Made by a program: the position numbers and the translations under genes
NCBI RefSeq assembly: GCF_001194135.2
Contig: NC_068986.1
Location: 30,349,091 to 30,413,090 of the forward strand
Length of the DNA stretch: 64,000 bases
Reading direction: 5' to 3'
DNA from: Octopus bimaculoides
Lineage: Eukaryota
Shown here: one piece after another, positions 1 to 13,061 of the stretch
Layout of the letters: each line of letters starts with the position of its first letter
How positions within the stretch are numbered: position 1 is the stretch's first letter
Notes under the pieces: model-generated
What the model saw: only the letters and a program-made list of their open reading frames with translations
The model's database searches: none
What the model was told of the DNA's origin: nothing

Positions 1-429
1 TAGCTAGTATTCTGTAAACCTACTCCAGCCTACCTTATACTAACTACACCGAAGTGGTGAAAGGATTGGTGGGGTCACAATATGAATTGTACTTTTTTTT
101 GTTTCTCACCTCAATGTAGTTAATTCCAAGAGAAAGAAAGGAAAATGGCCACAGTTTTGACTGACAAACCAACACCAGTTGTCAAGCAGTGAAAGAACAA
201 CATGCATGTGCACACATACACACACATATCTATCTATATAAACAGGCTTGGACACAGTCTCCACCTACCAAATTCACTCACAAGATATTGTTCAGCCAGA
301 CATCTGGCCAAGGTGCTACACAAAGGGACTGAACCCAAAACAACACAGTTGAAAAGCAATCTTAACTGCACAGTCATATCTAAGCTTACTTCTTGAATAT
401 TTAATATTTACAAATATTTATGTAAAGTT

Positions 430-757
430 TCGGCAAGTGTCTTCTACTATGGCCTTGGGCCGCCCAAAGCCTTGTGAATGGATTTGGTAGATGGAAACTG
501 AAAGAAGCCCGTCATATATATATCTATCTATATATGTGTGTGTGTGTATCTGTGTTTGCACCCCCCCCCCTCAAACATCGCTTGACAACTGATGCTGGTG
601 TGTTTACATTCCCATAACTTAGCAGTTCGGCAAAAGAGACCGATAAAATAAGTACTAGGCTTACAAAGAATAAGTCCTGGGATCGATTTGCTCGACTAAA
701 GGCGGTGCTCCAGCATGGCTGCAGTCAAATGACTGAAACAAGTAAAAGAGTAAAGAG
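430..757 (+). mobile_element. SINE family A (tRNA head/CORE-like body, internal (TA)(TG) microsatellite, conserved tail), 5'-truncated copy
   Basis: Body 'ggcaagtgtcttctactat...gaaactgaaagaagcccgtc' plus tail 'cgcttgacaac...cagcatggctgcagtcaaatgactgaaacaagtaaaagag'. These modules recur about 20 times in the window on both strands. Resembles octopus tRNA-derived SINEs; family name not verified. Confidence 0.85.
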
Positions 758-1342
758 ATGTTTAGAGATAATCTCATACAGAATAAAGCCACAAATTTGT
801 TGCAGAGGGGTGTAGTCAAATGAGTCAACCTTAAGAATGATAAAAGGCAAAGTTAGCCTTACTTGGTTAATTTAAAATTATTTTTTCTTACAACAATAAT
901 TCCCCACCACAGATACAATAAATTTCTGAATCTTGTTTTTTTTTCATTGTAATGGCTGCTAGGATGTTAAGGTGATGTACTACATGGTTCAAAGTCTGTA
1001 ATTTTGACTATGGCTCTTGCTAGGTTTTCTTACGTGTACCACTCAATCTATTTGAAGTTAAATCACTTTGTTTCATAGTTGAGTGGCTGACATTAGAGAA
1101 AATAACTTTTGTTAGAATCCAGTCAAATGTTGAAATTTGTAGAACCATCCAATCCTTGCTAGCATATAATAATAGTTAAAAACATGGTATATTACTTAGT
1201 TAAATTTCAACCATATGAAAACCTCATAGTTGTTTACTAAAATCTAAAATAGTTTCAGTATTTCATCAACCTAACACCAAACATTAGAACAAACAAAATG
1301 AAACCTCAATCAGTACTGAGTTCGCTTCATTTAATTTTTCAG

Positions 1343-1437
1343 CATTTAGGTCAGAGGTCATTATTGAGTTGTTCTTAACTGTTCTGCAGCTGTCACCAAT
1401 GACAAGTACAGAAGAGCAACTGTTGCACTCTGAGTGT
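1343..1437 (+). CDS. Putative internal exon of an unidentified gene: (A)FRSEVIIELFLTVLQLSPMTSTEEQLLHSEC
   Basis: Acceptor ttcatttaatttttcag|, donor TGT|gtgagt, 95 nt open, phase 1 to 0. No homology recognised. Confidence 0.45.
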
Positions 1438-2364
1438 GTGAGTCTACTCTGCCCATTTCCATTTTGGCCACCACCAGAATCTATAGGATGCCTCTAAATA
1501 GTTGCTCTATCTCCTAGAAATAGTAGCTAAATTTCCCTTAATCATGCCACCTACATTGCTAAGAATGGAAAATTGAACAACATAACCTTAGTATACTGTA
1601 CCTATGAAAAAAAGAAATTAAAAATACAAGATTACTATGGTTGGAATACTTCTGATCACACAATTGGGTCCAAGTTGTGGGGCTAAACAACGAGAACAGA
1701 AATATAGAAATAGACTGAACAATGGAGAGAGCGTGACATATACACTGCACCCATGAATGAAATTTGTTTAGAGGATGCAAACCCAGTTTTTCAGGAAGAT
1801 ATTCAAAGTGTTTTCATTGCCCCCTCCAAAAATTTTAGAGGATGTACTTGCACTCCCTGTTCCCAAGCCTATAACTGCACCCCTGCTTGATTAATCACAG
1901 CATGTTAGAGGGTTCAGTATGACCTTCAGTTAGACAGATGCAAAATGTATCTTGAACAACAGATCTGTAGTTCACACCTAGATGTTTGGCAAGTTATGTG
2001 CTATTTGTCTGGTTGATAAGAGTTGATCAGTGACTACACGGCAATTATGAAAACAGATCTAATTAAAAAAGGTGACCTATTTTTCCTCAATGTACAAAAT
2101 ACTGCAGCAAGCCACTAAGAATGTCAGAGGCTGTATGTTCCACATTTCTAATATTTAAATTGATATAGACAATCTTTACAACTATAAATATTGTTGTCAT
2201 AAAAGTAAGCCAATTACTTTATTAACTCTAAAAAAGGATTGAATTATTAAATAAGATTGATCACAATTATAAATTAATAGTTTCTGAAATATACAAATAA
2301 ATTAGCTATTAAAACTGCTTTCAAGATAAATGTCTGTCAGTGGATATGTTTTCCCCAAAATATT

Positions 2365-2612
2365 TTGGCATAGTTGTGTGGTTAATGGGCTCGCTTTATA
2401 ACTATGTGGTTTTGGGTTCGGTCCCACTGTTCATCACCTTGGACAAGTATCTTCTACCATAGCCCTGGACTAACTAATGCTTTGCAAGTGAATTTGGTAA
2501 ATGGAAACTGGAAGCCTGTTATGTGTGTATATGTCATTGTGTTCTTGTTCCCACCCTGCTTGACAACCACTGTTAGTTTGTTTACGTCCCTTTAGCTTAG
2601 CAGTCTGGCAAT
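2365..2612 (+). mobile_element. SINE family A, diverged copy
   Basis: A-box-like 'tagttgtgtggtt', B-box-like 'gggttcggtccc', body 'ccttggacaagtatcttctac', partial tail. Confidence 0.8.
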
Positions 2613-2879
2613 AAGTGTGTGAATTCTGATTGGGGAATATGTTGAATAAGATCATAATTAACTGATCCTCCTATACTTTCTTTTGTCCAAAGCCAGGAAC
2701 TTTTCCGCACCTCTTCATATACATTCATTAAAGATGAACGCAGTGTTTTCACAAGAAAACTTTAAAAAACTATCTCTCTATTTTGTAGTTATGTACTCCA
2801 TGATAGAGGGAATAGATGGGAGAGAAATGTCACCATGAATTCCATTCTGAGACATCTTTCTTTTTAATTGTATTTCTAG

Positions 2880-2946
2880 TCTCGAAGAAGCTCCAGTTCC
2901 AGCCAGAAATCAGCCAGTGTAAACAGTACACCATCTCACACACCAG
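2880..2946 (+). CDS. Putative internal exon: SRRSSSSSQKSASVNSTPSHTP(x)
   Basis: Acceptor ctttctttttaattgtatttctag|, donor CAG|gtagac, 67 nt, phase 0 to 1, compatible with 1343-1437. Confidence 0.45.
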
Positions 2947-3068
2947 GTAGACTTCACTTTTATTAAAATTTTTTTTTCTTTAACCAATTTTTCAACTTTT
3001 ATGATATAAAACAAAGAATCTTATGGCTTCTAAGCCTTGAATGTTACAACACACGACTGACTGTACAA

Positions 3069-3288
3069 TTAACCCTTTAGCATTTAAACTGGCCATATCC
3101 GGCCCAAATATTCTACTTGTTTTATGCTCAAACTGGTTGGATTTGGCCTCTCACACCAACCCTACAATATCATTCTAAAAAATAAAGTTACCTCATCAAA
3201 ATCTCAAAGCTAAAAGATAATGCTTGGTTAATTCAATGAATGAATAAGCATTACCTTTGACAGAATAACATGAATGCTAAAGGGTTAA
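3069..3288. mobile_element. piggyBac-like MITE family 1
   Basis: TTAA|ccctttagcatt ... aatgctaaaggg|TTAA terminal inverted repeats with TTAA at both ends; related copies at 6592-6815 and 30294-30517. Confidence 0.85.
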
Positions 3289-3408
3289 GGTTTCAAAAAA
3301 TTTTTTAAAAGAATCCTAAATTTCTTTTTTTATTTCCAGGAAATTTAAAGAAATACATTTACTGTACCTCCTAATATTTATTTTTATGTCCAGTTAGGAT
3401 GTCAAACA

Positions 3409-3693
3409 TTAACCCATTACCTCCCATAATTCTATTAACTGGAATTTTTTTATGAAACTTTTTTTTCTAGCATAAAACAGCCTTAGAAACACGCTGGAAT
3501 GATCAAAATAACATTTTAAATAGAAATAAGCGAGATATTGGGTGAAAAATTAGCAAACCTTATTTGAATATCAGAGAAATATACCTAGTAGATATAGCAA
3601 AAAGGTTAGATATGTGTGAATATTGACAGATAATTACGAAATTTGTAATTTTTAAGTGATCTCATATGAGATCACTGGTAGGTAATGGGTTAA
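3409..3693. mobile_element. piggyBac-like MITE family 2
   Basis: TTAA|cccattacct ... aggtaatggg|TTAA inverted termini. Confidence 0.7.
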
Positions 3694-4526
3694 AATATCA
3701 GAAGTACATGATGTAGTTATTGAATGAAAAAAAAATATCATCTTTAGCTACAACTAGAAGCAATTTAATGAAGAATGTAAACACTCATATCCATAAATAA
3801 TAAATACTGAATGTGTATTGTGCTTTAGAACACGTGAGGTGAATAGTTTAACTCCATTTTTTAGCATTATGTAGGTAATAAACATTATCGATGTGTATTG
3901 GATTATGTCCAGGTGGCAGTACATTTCTGACCACTGAAAAGAATGTAATATGTTAGTCAGTCTAGAGTTGGTTGTTGTTATTACATTGAAAGTGCTTTAA
4001 AACACCTGTTACTATTAGAACACAACTGGTGTTATTGGTTATCTAATAACATCACAACCAATAATACTTTGTGATGTTATAGATTACTTGTAAAAAAAAC
4101 TACTTAATTAGCAGCTAGGAGTAATAGGTGTGGCCATGTGGTAATGAAATTATTTTTGTAACCATATGGTCCCTGGTTCCAGCCTAATGTGGGCATCTTA
4201 CAGAAGTGTTTTCTACTATAACCTTGGGCTGACCAATATCTTGTGAATGAAAACAGTAAATGAAATATTTATGTGTGTATGTTACATGTGCATGTGAGTG
4301 ACTGAGAGAATGTTTATTTCTGTGTGTCTTTGCATTGACACTGTGTGGGTGATTGTAATATCGGGTTTCCATCTCCTATAAACAGTACGTCCTGTAGTTT
4401 GGTAGTTTCAACATGTGCAAACCAGGGGAACAGAAATAATTTACTTGAGAAACTATTAAGGATTGGCAACAGGAAGGGCCAACCCAAAGATTATGATGAT
4501 GTAACAACTATAATAATATAATAATA

Positions 4527-4561
<35 letters not shown>

Positions 4562-4638
4562 CAGTGACAAACTATGGTACATAATTAGCAAACGATTTCT
4601 ATTTGTGATTTTCTTGTCATTTGGACTATGATTCTCAG

Positions 4639-4739
4639 CAAGTACAATCTATCAAATAGCAGTATCACTAACAACAGAAACATTACCCATGTCAATAACA
4701 GAATTAACAATGTTAGTTGCTCAAACTATTACTTATATG
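4639..4739 (+). CDS. Putative internal exon: (A)STIYQIAVSLTTETLPMSITELTMLVAQTITYM
   Basis: Acceptor attctcag|, donor ATG|gtaaca, 101 nt, phase 1 to 0, compatible with 2880-2946. The frame also stays open to 4922, so the 3' boundary is uncertain. Confidence 0.35.
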
Positions 4740-5223
4740 GTAACAAAATACTTTCCTGAACAAACATTAACTTTTATACCAGGACATGTGTTATGTTTGA
4801 ACCTAAGTACTGTGTGTCAGACACAAAACCATTTGTTCAATGCAAACATTGAAGCTCATCTGAATATACATTTGACAGGATTCTACTTGAATAACACAGC
4901 TGAATCAACCAGAATAGCTTGATTTTTTTTTTTTTTTTACTGAGTCATTCTGAAAACGTAATGATAAATCCATGACATTCCTATTAAAATGAGAGAGTAA
5001 ACTAAAACTTTAAAAAAAGACATCAAAGTAGAATATATTTTCACTACAACATCACATTATTAGATACAGTTTTAAATTATGTGTGTGTACTATTACTCCA
5101 ATCTTAAATGTTTAATATAAAAAAAAGACAACCAAATTTAGTTATTACAGAAGATAAAAAAATCAACAGAAAATTAATAAATTCAAGATATTGTATATAT
5201 ATTTATAAGATATTGGGTCATAG

Positions 5224-5529
5224 GTACAAGCATGGCTGTGTGGTAAGAAGCTTGCTTCCCAACCACATGATTCTGGGTTCAGTACTTCTGTGTGGCACCT
5301 TGGGCAAGTGTCTTCTACTATAGCCTCGTGAGTGGATCTGATAGACACGTAAAAGCACCCACTACACTCTCGGAGTGGTTGGCATTAGGAAGGGCATCCA
5401 GCTGTAGAAACTCTGCCAGATCAGATTGGAGCCTGGTGCAACCATCTGGTTCACCAGTCCTCAGTCAAATCGTCCAACCCATGCTAGCATGGAAAGCAGA
5501 TGTTAAACGATGATGATGATGATGATGAT
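5224..5529 (+). mobile_element. Chimeric SINE: family A head joined to family C tail
   Basis: 5224-5346 is family A head/body; from about 5347 'acgtaaaagcacccactacac...catggaaagcagatgttaaacgatgatgatg' is family C. Confidence 0.8.
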
Positions 5530-6591
5530 CCTTTCAGAATCAATTTATAAAGAACCAGTTCTGTTTTGGGGTTGATTCTGTCTCTGTTTCTCTGTGTCTG
5601 ATTGGAAAGGGGCTCCACCAAGCATGCACAAGATTCTCCATATGTCATTATCCCTATAACTCCATCAGAGTGTTAATAGTATAAGGCAAAGCACTTGTAC
5701 AGAATAGTAGTTCCCTTTTCAAATAATCAAAATTACTACAGAAGTCAAATTTTGAAATTACTCAGATTGCTAAAATAATTTGAAATGTTTCCAAATGTTA
5801 AATATTTTTTAAAGCTAAATCAACAAAAATGAACTGCTGCTATGTAAAAACTTTGGTTTGTACTAAAAGTAACAAACACAAAATTGTATTTATTAGTTAT
5901 GGTCCAGGCCAAAGAATTTACAATTAATGTCATAGAACTGAAAGAGCTGTTTTATGCTGCAATATTGTGTACATTCAGGATTGATAAAATAAGTATTAAT
6001 AGGGCTGAGTTTATCAACCATCTTCTACAGAACCAGCTTTTTATTATTATTAATGTATAGATATTTTGATAAATAAAAAACCAACAAAATAACTTATGCT
6101 AAATATTTTGATAAAATCTTTTTACATTAGTTTTAATTAACATTACCCCTAGTCATCTCAACTATTTGTTACAAAAATTTAGATTTGTAGAAAAGAGAAT
6201 TTGGTAGAATGCAGGCACTTATTTCAAGTATTAATTTATTCTAAAATATTAGCGCACAGTTAGACAATACATGTTAATTATCAAACATTTTGAGCAATCA
6301 AATGTAAACAGAGTAAGAACAGCTTTTTCATTTTATGATATCTGTTGTTCCTAAATATACTTATATTTTACCTTTATACATGCAACTCTGCTTTAAATTA
6401 TCAAACTAATGATTGAGGATTTAACATCTGGTTTTGAAGTAGAATAATCACTCTAAGTTCTAAAGAAACCCTTAATTTATGAGGTTAATTCATTACTAAC
6501 CAGATATAGATTCTCCAAAAGCAGCTTTGCATTGTCTAATAACAGTCATTGTTTTCAGAAATTACTGACATGTAAGAATTAAATATGTCAT

Positions 6592-6815
6592 TTAGCCTTT
6601 TAGCATTTAAATTGGTCACATATAGCCCAAGCATTCTACTAGTTTTATGTTCAAGTCAGCCAGATATAGAATGACCTACCCTACAAGGTCATTCTAAAAA
6701 TAAACAATCACATCATCAAAATCTCGAAGCTACAAGATAATGTATAATTCATCCAAAACAATGTGGATGAATAAGCATCACATTTGACTGAGGAAGCTGA
6801 ATGTTAAAGGGTTAA
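6592..6815. mobile_element. piggyBac-like MITE family 1
   Basis: ttag|ccttttagcatt ... aatgttaaaggg|ttaa; interior aligns with 3069-3288. Confidence 0.8.
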
Positions 6816-7624
6816 ACAGAACTTTATATCATTGGCATTGCAACTGACATAAACTAACTAATCTGGGGCATCTAAACTCATCTGAACATCTGACAACAAG
6901 GAATTTCTTTATTCAACAATTTACTTTAAGCAATATCATCCTGACCTCTAAAATAGGCATTTACTAAATTTGTTTAACTAAAGGGTGTGGTTGATGTTTA
7001 TTTTGATAAAGAAAGAACATTCTAGGCATTTTTTTTGTCTTTGTACTGAAATGCAATAGCTGAAAATCCATAATAACAAAGAATATTTTTAAAATAAATT
7101 CTTCAGAAAGCTAAATTACTTTGTAAATAATCACCAGAAATTCCCCAGGAAAATACCTACTTTGCAACATATGCACCACAAGAATGAAATCTGAAGAAAT
7201 GGGACACGTGAAGAACTTTATATATATAGAAAGTTTCTACGCTATTATTACAGCATACGATGCTACCATGAAGTCATAGTTTTGTATGTTAAAATAAAGG
7301 TTAGTTAATAACAGATGGAATGATAAAGCATGAAATAACATTTTTATAATTAAAATAAATGAAACATTCTAGCAATTAACCTCATGCATTGTTAACGAGC
7401 ACCATCAGGAAATATAATGCAATACAAGTTAGCTTCACTGATGTTTGTTGCTCTTACAAATTATAGTTTAGTCTGTTTTGCGAGTTGAAAAAATAGGTGA
7501 ATACACTCAACATTTTCCAACCCTTTTGTTGAGTTGGATGGTCATAGAACATCATCTCTATCTTTAATTTTCGAAATTTGTTCCTCAAATCCCCCCCCAC
7601 CCACCAGTTTACAATCACTCCTCA

Positions 7625-7825
7625 TATTCTCACATTGATGCCATATTCATCATCATTTAACATCCGTTGTCCAACATGGGTTGACCAGGGCTGGCAAGCT
7701 GGAAGGCTGCACCAGTCTGATTTGGCATGGATGCCTTTCCTAATGCCAACCACTCCAAGAATGTAATGAGTACATTTACATGCTACCGGCACAGGTGCCA
7801 TTTGTGTGACACCAGTATCTGCCAT
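7625..7825 (-). mobile_element. Family C retroposon fragment ((GAT)n-tailed)
   Basis: 'catcatcatttaacatccg...ccaacatgggttg...ggatgcctttcctaatgccaaccactcc', reverse complement of the family C tail. Confidence 0.75.
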
Positions 7826-8041
7826 GACTGCAATTTACCAGAATATTGAAAATCACACATTCCATACTCAGAACCTGTTTTAAGAATGTTTTGTTGCTTG
7901 ACCCCTGGTCAGGCCTAATGCAGCAGTCCTATGGTCAAAGCCATTCCAGCAAGAACCATCCTGCCTTATTTTTAGGTGTATTTAGTACATTATCCCAAAG
8001 GTAATACAGTCTGATTTGAGAAAGAATGAGCTACTGTTTCT

Positions 8042-8265
8042 TATTTCTTTACTGCCCACAAGGGGCTACACACAGAGGGGACAGACAAACGGATTAAGTT
8101 GGTTATATTGACCCCAATGCGTAACTGGTACTTATTTAATCGACTCCAAAAGGACGAAAGGCAAAGTTGACCTCAAAAGAATTTGAACTCAGAACGTAGC
8201 GGCAGACAAAATACCGCTAAGCATTTCGTCTGGCATGTTAACGTTTCTGCCAGCTCGCCGCCTTC
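8042..8265 (-). mobile_element. SINE family B, full length, with 15-bp target-site duplication
   Basis: Minus-strand head 'ggcggcgagctggcagaaacg' (A box) and 'gagttcaaattc' (B box). Flanked by tgagctactgtttct at 8027-8041 and 8266-8280. Confidence 0.9.
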
Positions 8266-8629
8266 TGAGCTACTGTTTCTAACAAGTTGACAATCCTGTA
8301 GTGACTCTCTCATTGATAGAGTCTCTCACTTGTGAATTGTCAATCTAGTTGGAAATTGATAGTTTGATTGCTTGTAATGCTGATATAAAATTCTCTCACA
8401 AAACAATAAAAATATATACTTGTAGAATTCTATGTAAACTACATCATTATCCATTTGAGTGACTGAGTTAATTCATTGGCTGTTTTAACATCACTACTTC
8501 TCCTTTCGGTGCCTTTTAGCAAACTATTTTCTTACAAATATTTGGTTCAACTCTCTGGCCTGAATATGACCTCATTACTTTCTTCAGGGTCAGAAACCCT
8601 GACAAAGATCATGAGTGCTGCCCTTCCTC

Positions 8630-9010
8630 CTTTGGTTTTTTACTTGTTTTAGTCATTGGACCCTGCTGGGTCACTGTCTTTGAAGAATTTAGTCAAACAA
8701 GTCAACTCCAGTGCTTATTTTTAACCTGATACTTATTCTCAGTTTCTTTTACTGAACTGCTAATTTATGGGGATGTAAACAAACCAACATTAGTTGTCAA
8801 GCAGTGGTGAACAGACACAAACGTAGATATACACATGACAGGCTTCTTTCAGTTTCCACCTACCAAATCCACTCGCAAGGCATTGGTTGTTAATAAATAG
8901 CTGGGGCTATTTATAGAAGACACTTGCCCAAGGTGCCGTACAGCAGGACTAAACCCAAGACCCCATGGTTGGGAAGCAAGCTTCTCAACCACACAATCAT
9001 GCCTGTACTT
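8630..9010 (-). mobile_element. SINE family A, near full length
   Basis: Reverse-complement tail 'ttttacttgttttagtcattgg' through head 'ttctcaaccacacaatcatgcctg'. Confidence 0.85.
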
Positions 9011-11149
9011 AAATAATGACCGTCATAATTTTTTTTTAAATATTATGGATTATTACTAACTCGGCTGTTACCTCTTAAATCATGATTCAAACTGATAAGA
9101 TGTCCATGCCAATCCTATCATTTTTTTCAGTCATTGATCAACTCCTCAAAAAAAGCCAGGTATTTTTCTACCTCGCATTCAGTCCCTTCCCAGTAACTAC
9201 CTGGTTTACATTCACAATCTATTCTCACACATCACATGCATGTACAGCCTAATTCTTTGTATGGGGAAAAAAAATTGCATCACAATTGATTTCAGTTTTA
9301 AAAATTGAAAGTTTTAGTAAAACATTTTGTCAATTATTTATCACTGTGTCCCAATGGTTGGAATGGTTCTTTCAGCACATCTCCTTAACCATTCTTTTGG
9401 GTAACACCATTTTGTCTGTCAAGACTAACGATTGTATGAACTCAGAATTTTACTGAGAAATACTCTTCACTGTCAAAAAGGTGGACAAAATACAACTCTG
9501 AGAAAAACTAAATAAGATGGATAAGAAAAAAACCAAAAAAACTTTTAACTCTTCTAACTCCGCCACCTCAGAATATACTGCGGACATTTGGAGTTAAAGG
9601 CTGCTAAATTTCAACCTATGCTAACTTGGAGAAATTGCTATGTTATTAATGATGATATTCAATAAAACTAATAGCAGGTCACGGTATGTTTAAATAATAA
9701 AATATATCTTGCAACAAATATGTTAAATTTTCTATTGACAATGGAAGTGATGAAGAAAGAATTCAGTGGGAATTAAACTGAAACTAAATGAGATAAAATA
9801 AGCTTTGCAATATATTAAAGAAATAGATGACAAACCCAGCTGTAAGAAACATTAATTTCTTCATTTTGATTGTTTCTATTGTCATTAGAGAGAAAAACTT
9901 TAATCTACAAATAACTAGATCTCAAAAGATAATTTTCACTAACTCATTTTCTATTTTGTCTTAAAAATAAAAACTATAATATCGTTTTTTTTTTTGTTTG
10001 TTTATTGGTTGGTCTAAGAAAGACAAATCTTAGAAATTCTTGCGGCTTAGTAGTTGAGGGGGAAACATGAGCTGAAGACAAATAATTGGGCAAAGTAGAT
10101 GAAGTGGTGGGGCAAGATGGAAAGGTAAGAGAGAAAATAGGACAGAAATACCTCAAATACTGCAGTTTTTGAGTATATAAAGAAATATGTGAAATACCTA
10201 ACTGATATCTGGACAATCAAGAAAAATAAGTTTAATTTCCTGAAATACTTTATGGGGAAAAGTGTATAAAAATTTATATAAATATAGAAGGAAATAAATG
10301 AATTCGATGTAGTTTTGTTGTTTTACAAGTTGAGTCACCTCATATGCAAAAAAAAAATTAAAATGCGGAAAAGTAAAAGGAGACATCCTGATAAGTGAGT
10401 AGTTGTACAATATGAGCTATGAGATCTGATAACCAGGCACCTGCCACTGGTTTATTATGTTAGCTAGGACAACCAGGGCTTTGTCAGACTGTCACTAAAC
10501 TAGCAATCTCAATAAGCTTGCTTGGTAGGAAGAGTACTTTTTGTACACCTTACAGGAAGAAAAGTAAAGCCTATCACAAAGGGCAGATAAACTCAAAAGG
10601 GTCTCCAGGTCTCCAATATCTAGTAGATGTTAGGTGGTGCCACTCTATGGATGTAGAATATGTAGTTTTGATTTGTCCTTGCCTGCTATGCATACTACAG
10701 CTCACCAAGCAAGTGTTACAAGTAACTGTAGAAGATGTGAGCACTTAAATCCTCCACAAGTATCTTTATAAGTGAAAAGTATACTGGAGTGATTGTCACT
10801 TTGAAGAAAAGTAATCATGTGTACCAGGTGCTCCTGCAAATGGTAATTATTTAACCTTGAGTCAAGAGAACTATGATCAAAGGCGTCTCGGTCTTGACCA
10901 TCCCTTCTTTCAGGAATATGTAGGACTACATTGTCTAATGTGCCCTTACTATTTTTTCAAGATAGAAGCAACATGATTTGATGAAAATTTGGCTGCTATT
11001 TCTAGTAGGTCGTGTGACCATGTAAAAAAAAAAAACTTCCTCATTGGCTCTGTTATATCAAGTAGTATTCCACTGTGGAGTGTGTGAGAATATTGTAGAA
11101 AGTTAACTATTTAGATCTGAAACATCCTCCACCTCCAAGATACAGTTTG

Positions 11150-11600
11150 TAATCCAGGCTGAACTATGTAAAGTATGTGTAATCTCCACAGAAGCCATTA
11201 CATACTGGTTTATTTGAGTGGTGAGTTCTTTTGGATGGAAGAGATACAGAATCATGGATTTGTTTCTTTGAAGGGGTTTAATATCCGAGTTTTGGTTGTG
11301 TTGAAAGAGACAAAGTTGATATTGATCTTGGCTATAAGGCCGGTCACTTCTTCATTGTAGAATGTTTGGGAGATTGTCTTTCACAGATGTTGATATGCAA
11401 ATGAACAAAGACTGCATAGAGGAAGTAAAAGACAAGTAAAATGGTGTTAACAGAGGAATGGGTGTGTGTTTAAGGTGATCTGAAATAAATTGATGATGTG
11501 AAGAGTGTATGAGAGTGGTTCCATCAGCACAAGTTGCAATGATGTGATCTAAAAGGAAGTTTCCAAAGTGATTATTAACAATAGATTGTTGTGGTTGTTG
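11150..11600 (-). mobile_element. Degenerate LINE reverse-transcriptase fragment
   Basis: Minus-strand remnants 'HIIATCADGTTLIHS' (YADD-like) and 'NINFVSFNTTKTRIL' (FNxxKT-like) with stops and frameshifts. Confidence 0.55.
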
Positions 11601-11799
11601 TTCACACTAAAGATTAATTTAGGATATACTGTTGGTGTTTAGCCCCAAATCAGCAGACCTATATAATAATAATGAACTTATTGCATACAGTGCTCAGGTA
11701 CACTTTAACTCATCAGTAAAAGTAGCCAAAGTGCATGAACTGTATATAGAATAATACACAGGAAGTGAGCACAGTGAATGAGTCATTTAAATGAAAAAG

Positions 11800-12560
11800 G
11801 CAGTGGGGTGTATCAAGTATATGGTTGGTGAGTTTCAGGACAAATGGAAGTTTTGAAGAGTGTAGTTTCCCAACAGCTTACAACTGATGCGGGTAGTTTA
11901 TTCCATGCTTCAGTGGTTTTGAGCATGAAGAAATGTGCTGTGTTGTTTCTTGATTTCATTAACATGTCCACGAGTGTTAGACATATGGAACTCAAAAAAA
12001 GGTGCTCATTGTTGGAAAGATGGTAGATAATCTTGAGGGTCTCTACCAAATCAGTTGCCAGACATTGGAGCTTTAATATGTCCATACCCAGAGAAGCAAA
12101 ATGTTCAGAGTATGGATGGTGCTTGATGGCAGGCATTTGTCTGGCTGCATGTTTCTGAACAATTTCCAGGAGACTGATTTGCTGAACAAGACAGGGGTTC
12201 CATTTCAGCTGTGGTAGCCATTTTAAAAATATTTTTCTGAAACTATGTCCAGTGTTTTTTTTCTTTTGAGATGACAGGGTATGGCTTGAAGGAAACTTGA
12301 CAGCTATTTCAGGAATCCATAGTTTGCTATTTTTTCTCTGGTCAGATTCAATTTAAAAATTTTTTAAAAAACACAAAAACTTCTAGGGTAACAACTTTAG
12401 ATTTTATTAAATCTCGAGATATCGTTGTGTGGACTTGGGATTTCTAGTAAATCTGCTTTGTAGTATGATGGTTGATGAGGCAGGAAAAAGACTTTAGATG
12501 GTTTTGAAGAGCCAGTCTAGGACTAAACGGCAAGAAAACAAAAAGAATGCTTGCGTTTAT
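11800..12560 (-). mobile_element. CR1-type LINE, 3' end of ORF2 (degenerate)
   Basis: Translations 'WNPCLVQQISLLEIVQKHAARQMP' and 'DLVETLKII...FFMLKTTEAWNKLPASVVSC...FKTSI' match the CR1/L2/Jockey ORF2 C-terminal pattern. Confidence 0.8.
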
Positions 12561-12859
12561 AGATTTAAAGTAATTTCTGTCTTTTGCAAAGAGATGTGGT
12601 CAGCTTAATCATTCAGACCAATGGATTAACCTTGAATTAAAACTGATCTGGTGAGATTAAAATTTTATAAAATTCTTAATTATGGCTGTGCTTTATTTCT
12701 TTGCCTTTTAATTCATAAATTCATCTATTTTCATTAATTTTAACTAACAAAAGTATCATCACACATCCATACATGCAACTGTCTGCTAACTATTTTCATT
12801 TTCCTCCTGTTGACTGATTTTATTATTCATTATATTTTTTTTAAAAACACATTGTTCAG

Positions 12860-12922
12860 ATTCTAGAGCCACAAATTCGAAGTCTTCCTCATTTCCACTC
12901 CCTATCCCAGAAAACCAACCAG
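12860..12922 (+). CDS. Putative internal exon: (D)SRATNSKSSSFPLPIPENQP(G)
   Basis: Acceptor cattgttcag|, donor CAG|gtaaac, 63 nt, phase 1 to 1 (phase 0 is also open), followed by a 67-nt intron. Confidence 0.4.
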
Positions 12923-12989
12923 GTAAACCCTGTTTGTAAGCACTGATATTACTCTCACCAGATTTATATATGTCCACTATTTTTATCAG

Positions 12990-13061
12990 GAAACCACATC
13001 ACGAATAGCTTACCTCCTAAAATATCCCCTGATGGTCATCTGATGGTAATGGATGCCACAG
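12990..13061 (+). CDS. Putative internal exon: (G)NHITNSLPPKISPDGHLMVMDAT(x)
   Basis: Acceptor actatttttatcag|, strong donor CAG|gtaaga, 72 nt, phase 1 to 1. Confidence 0.45.

Noticed and set aside
9131-9159. 29-nt exon candidate with a poly-T acceptor
   Set aside because: The context resembles a decayed SINE tail (tttcagtcattg) and it is too short to assess.
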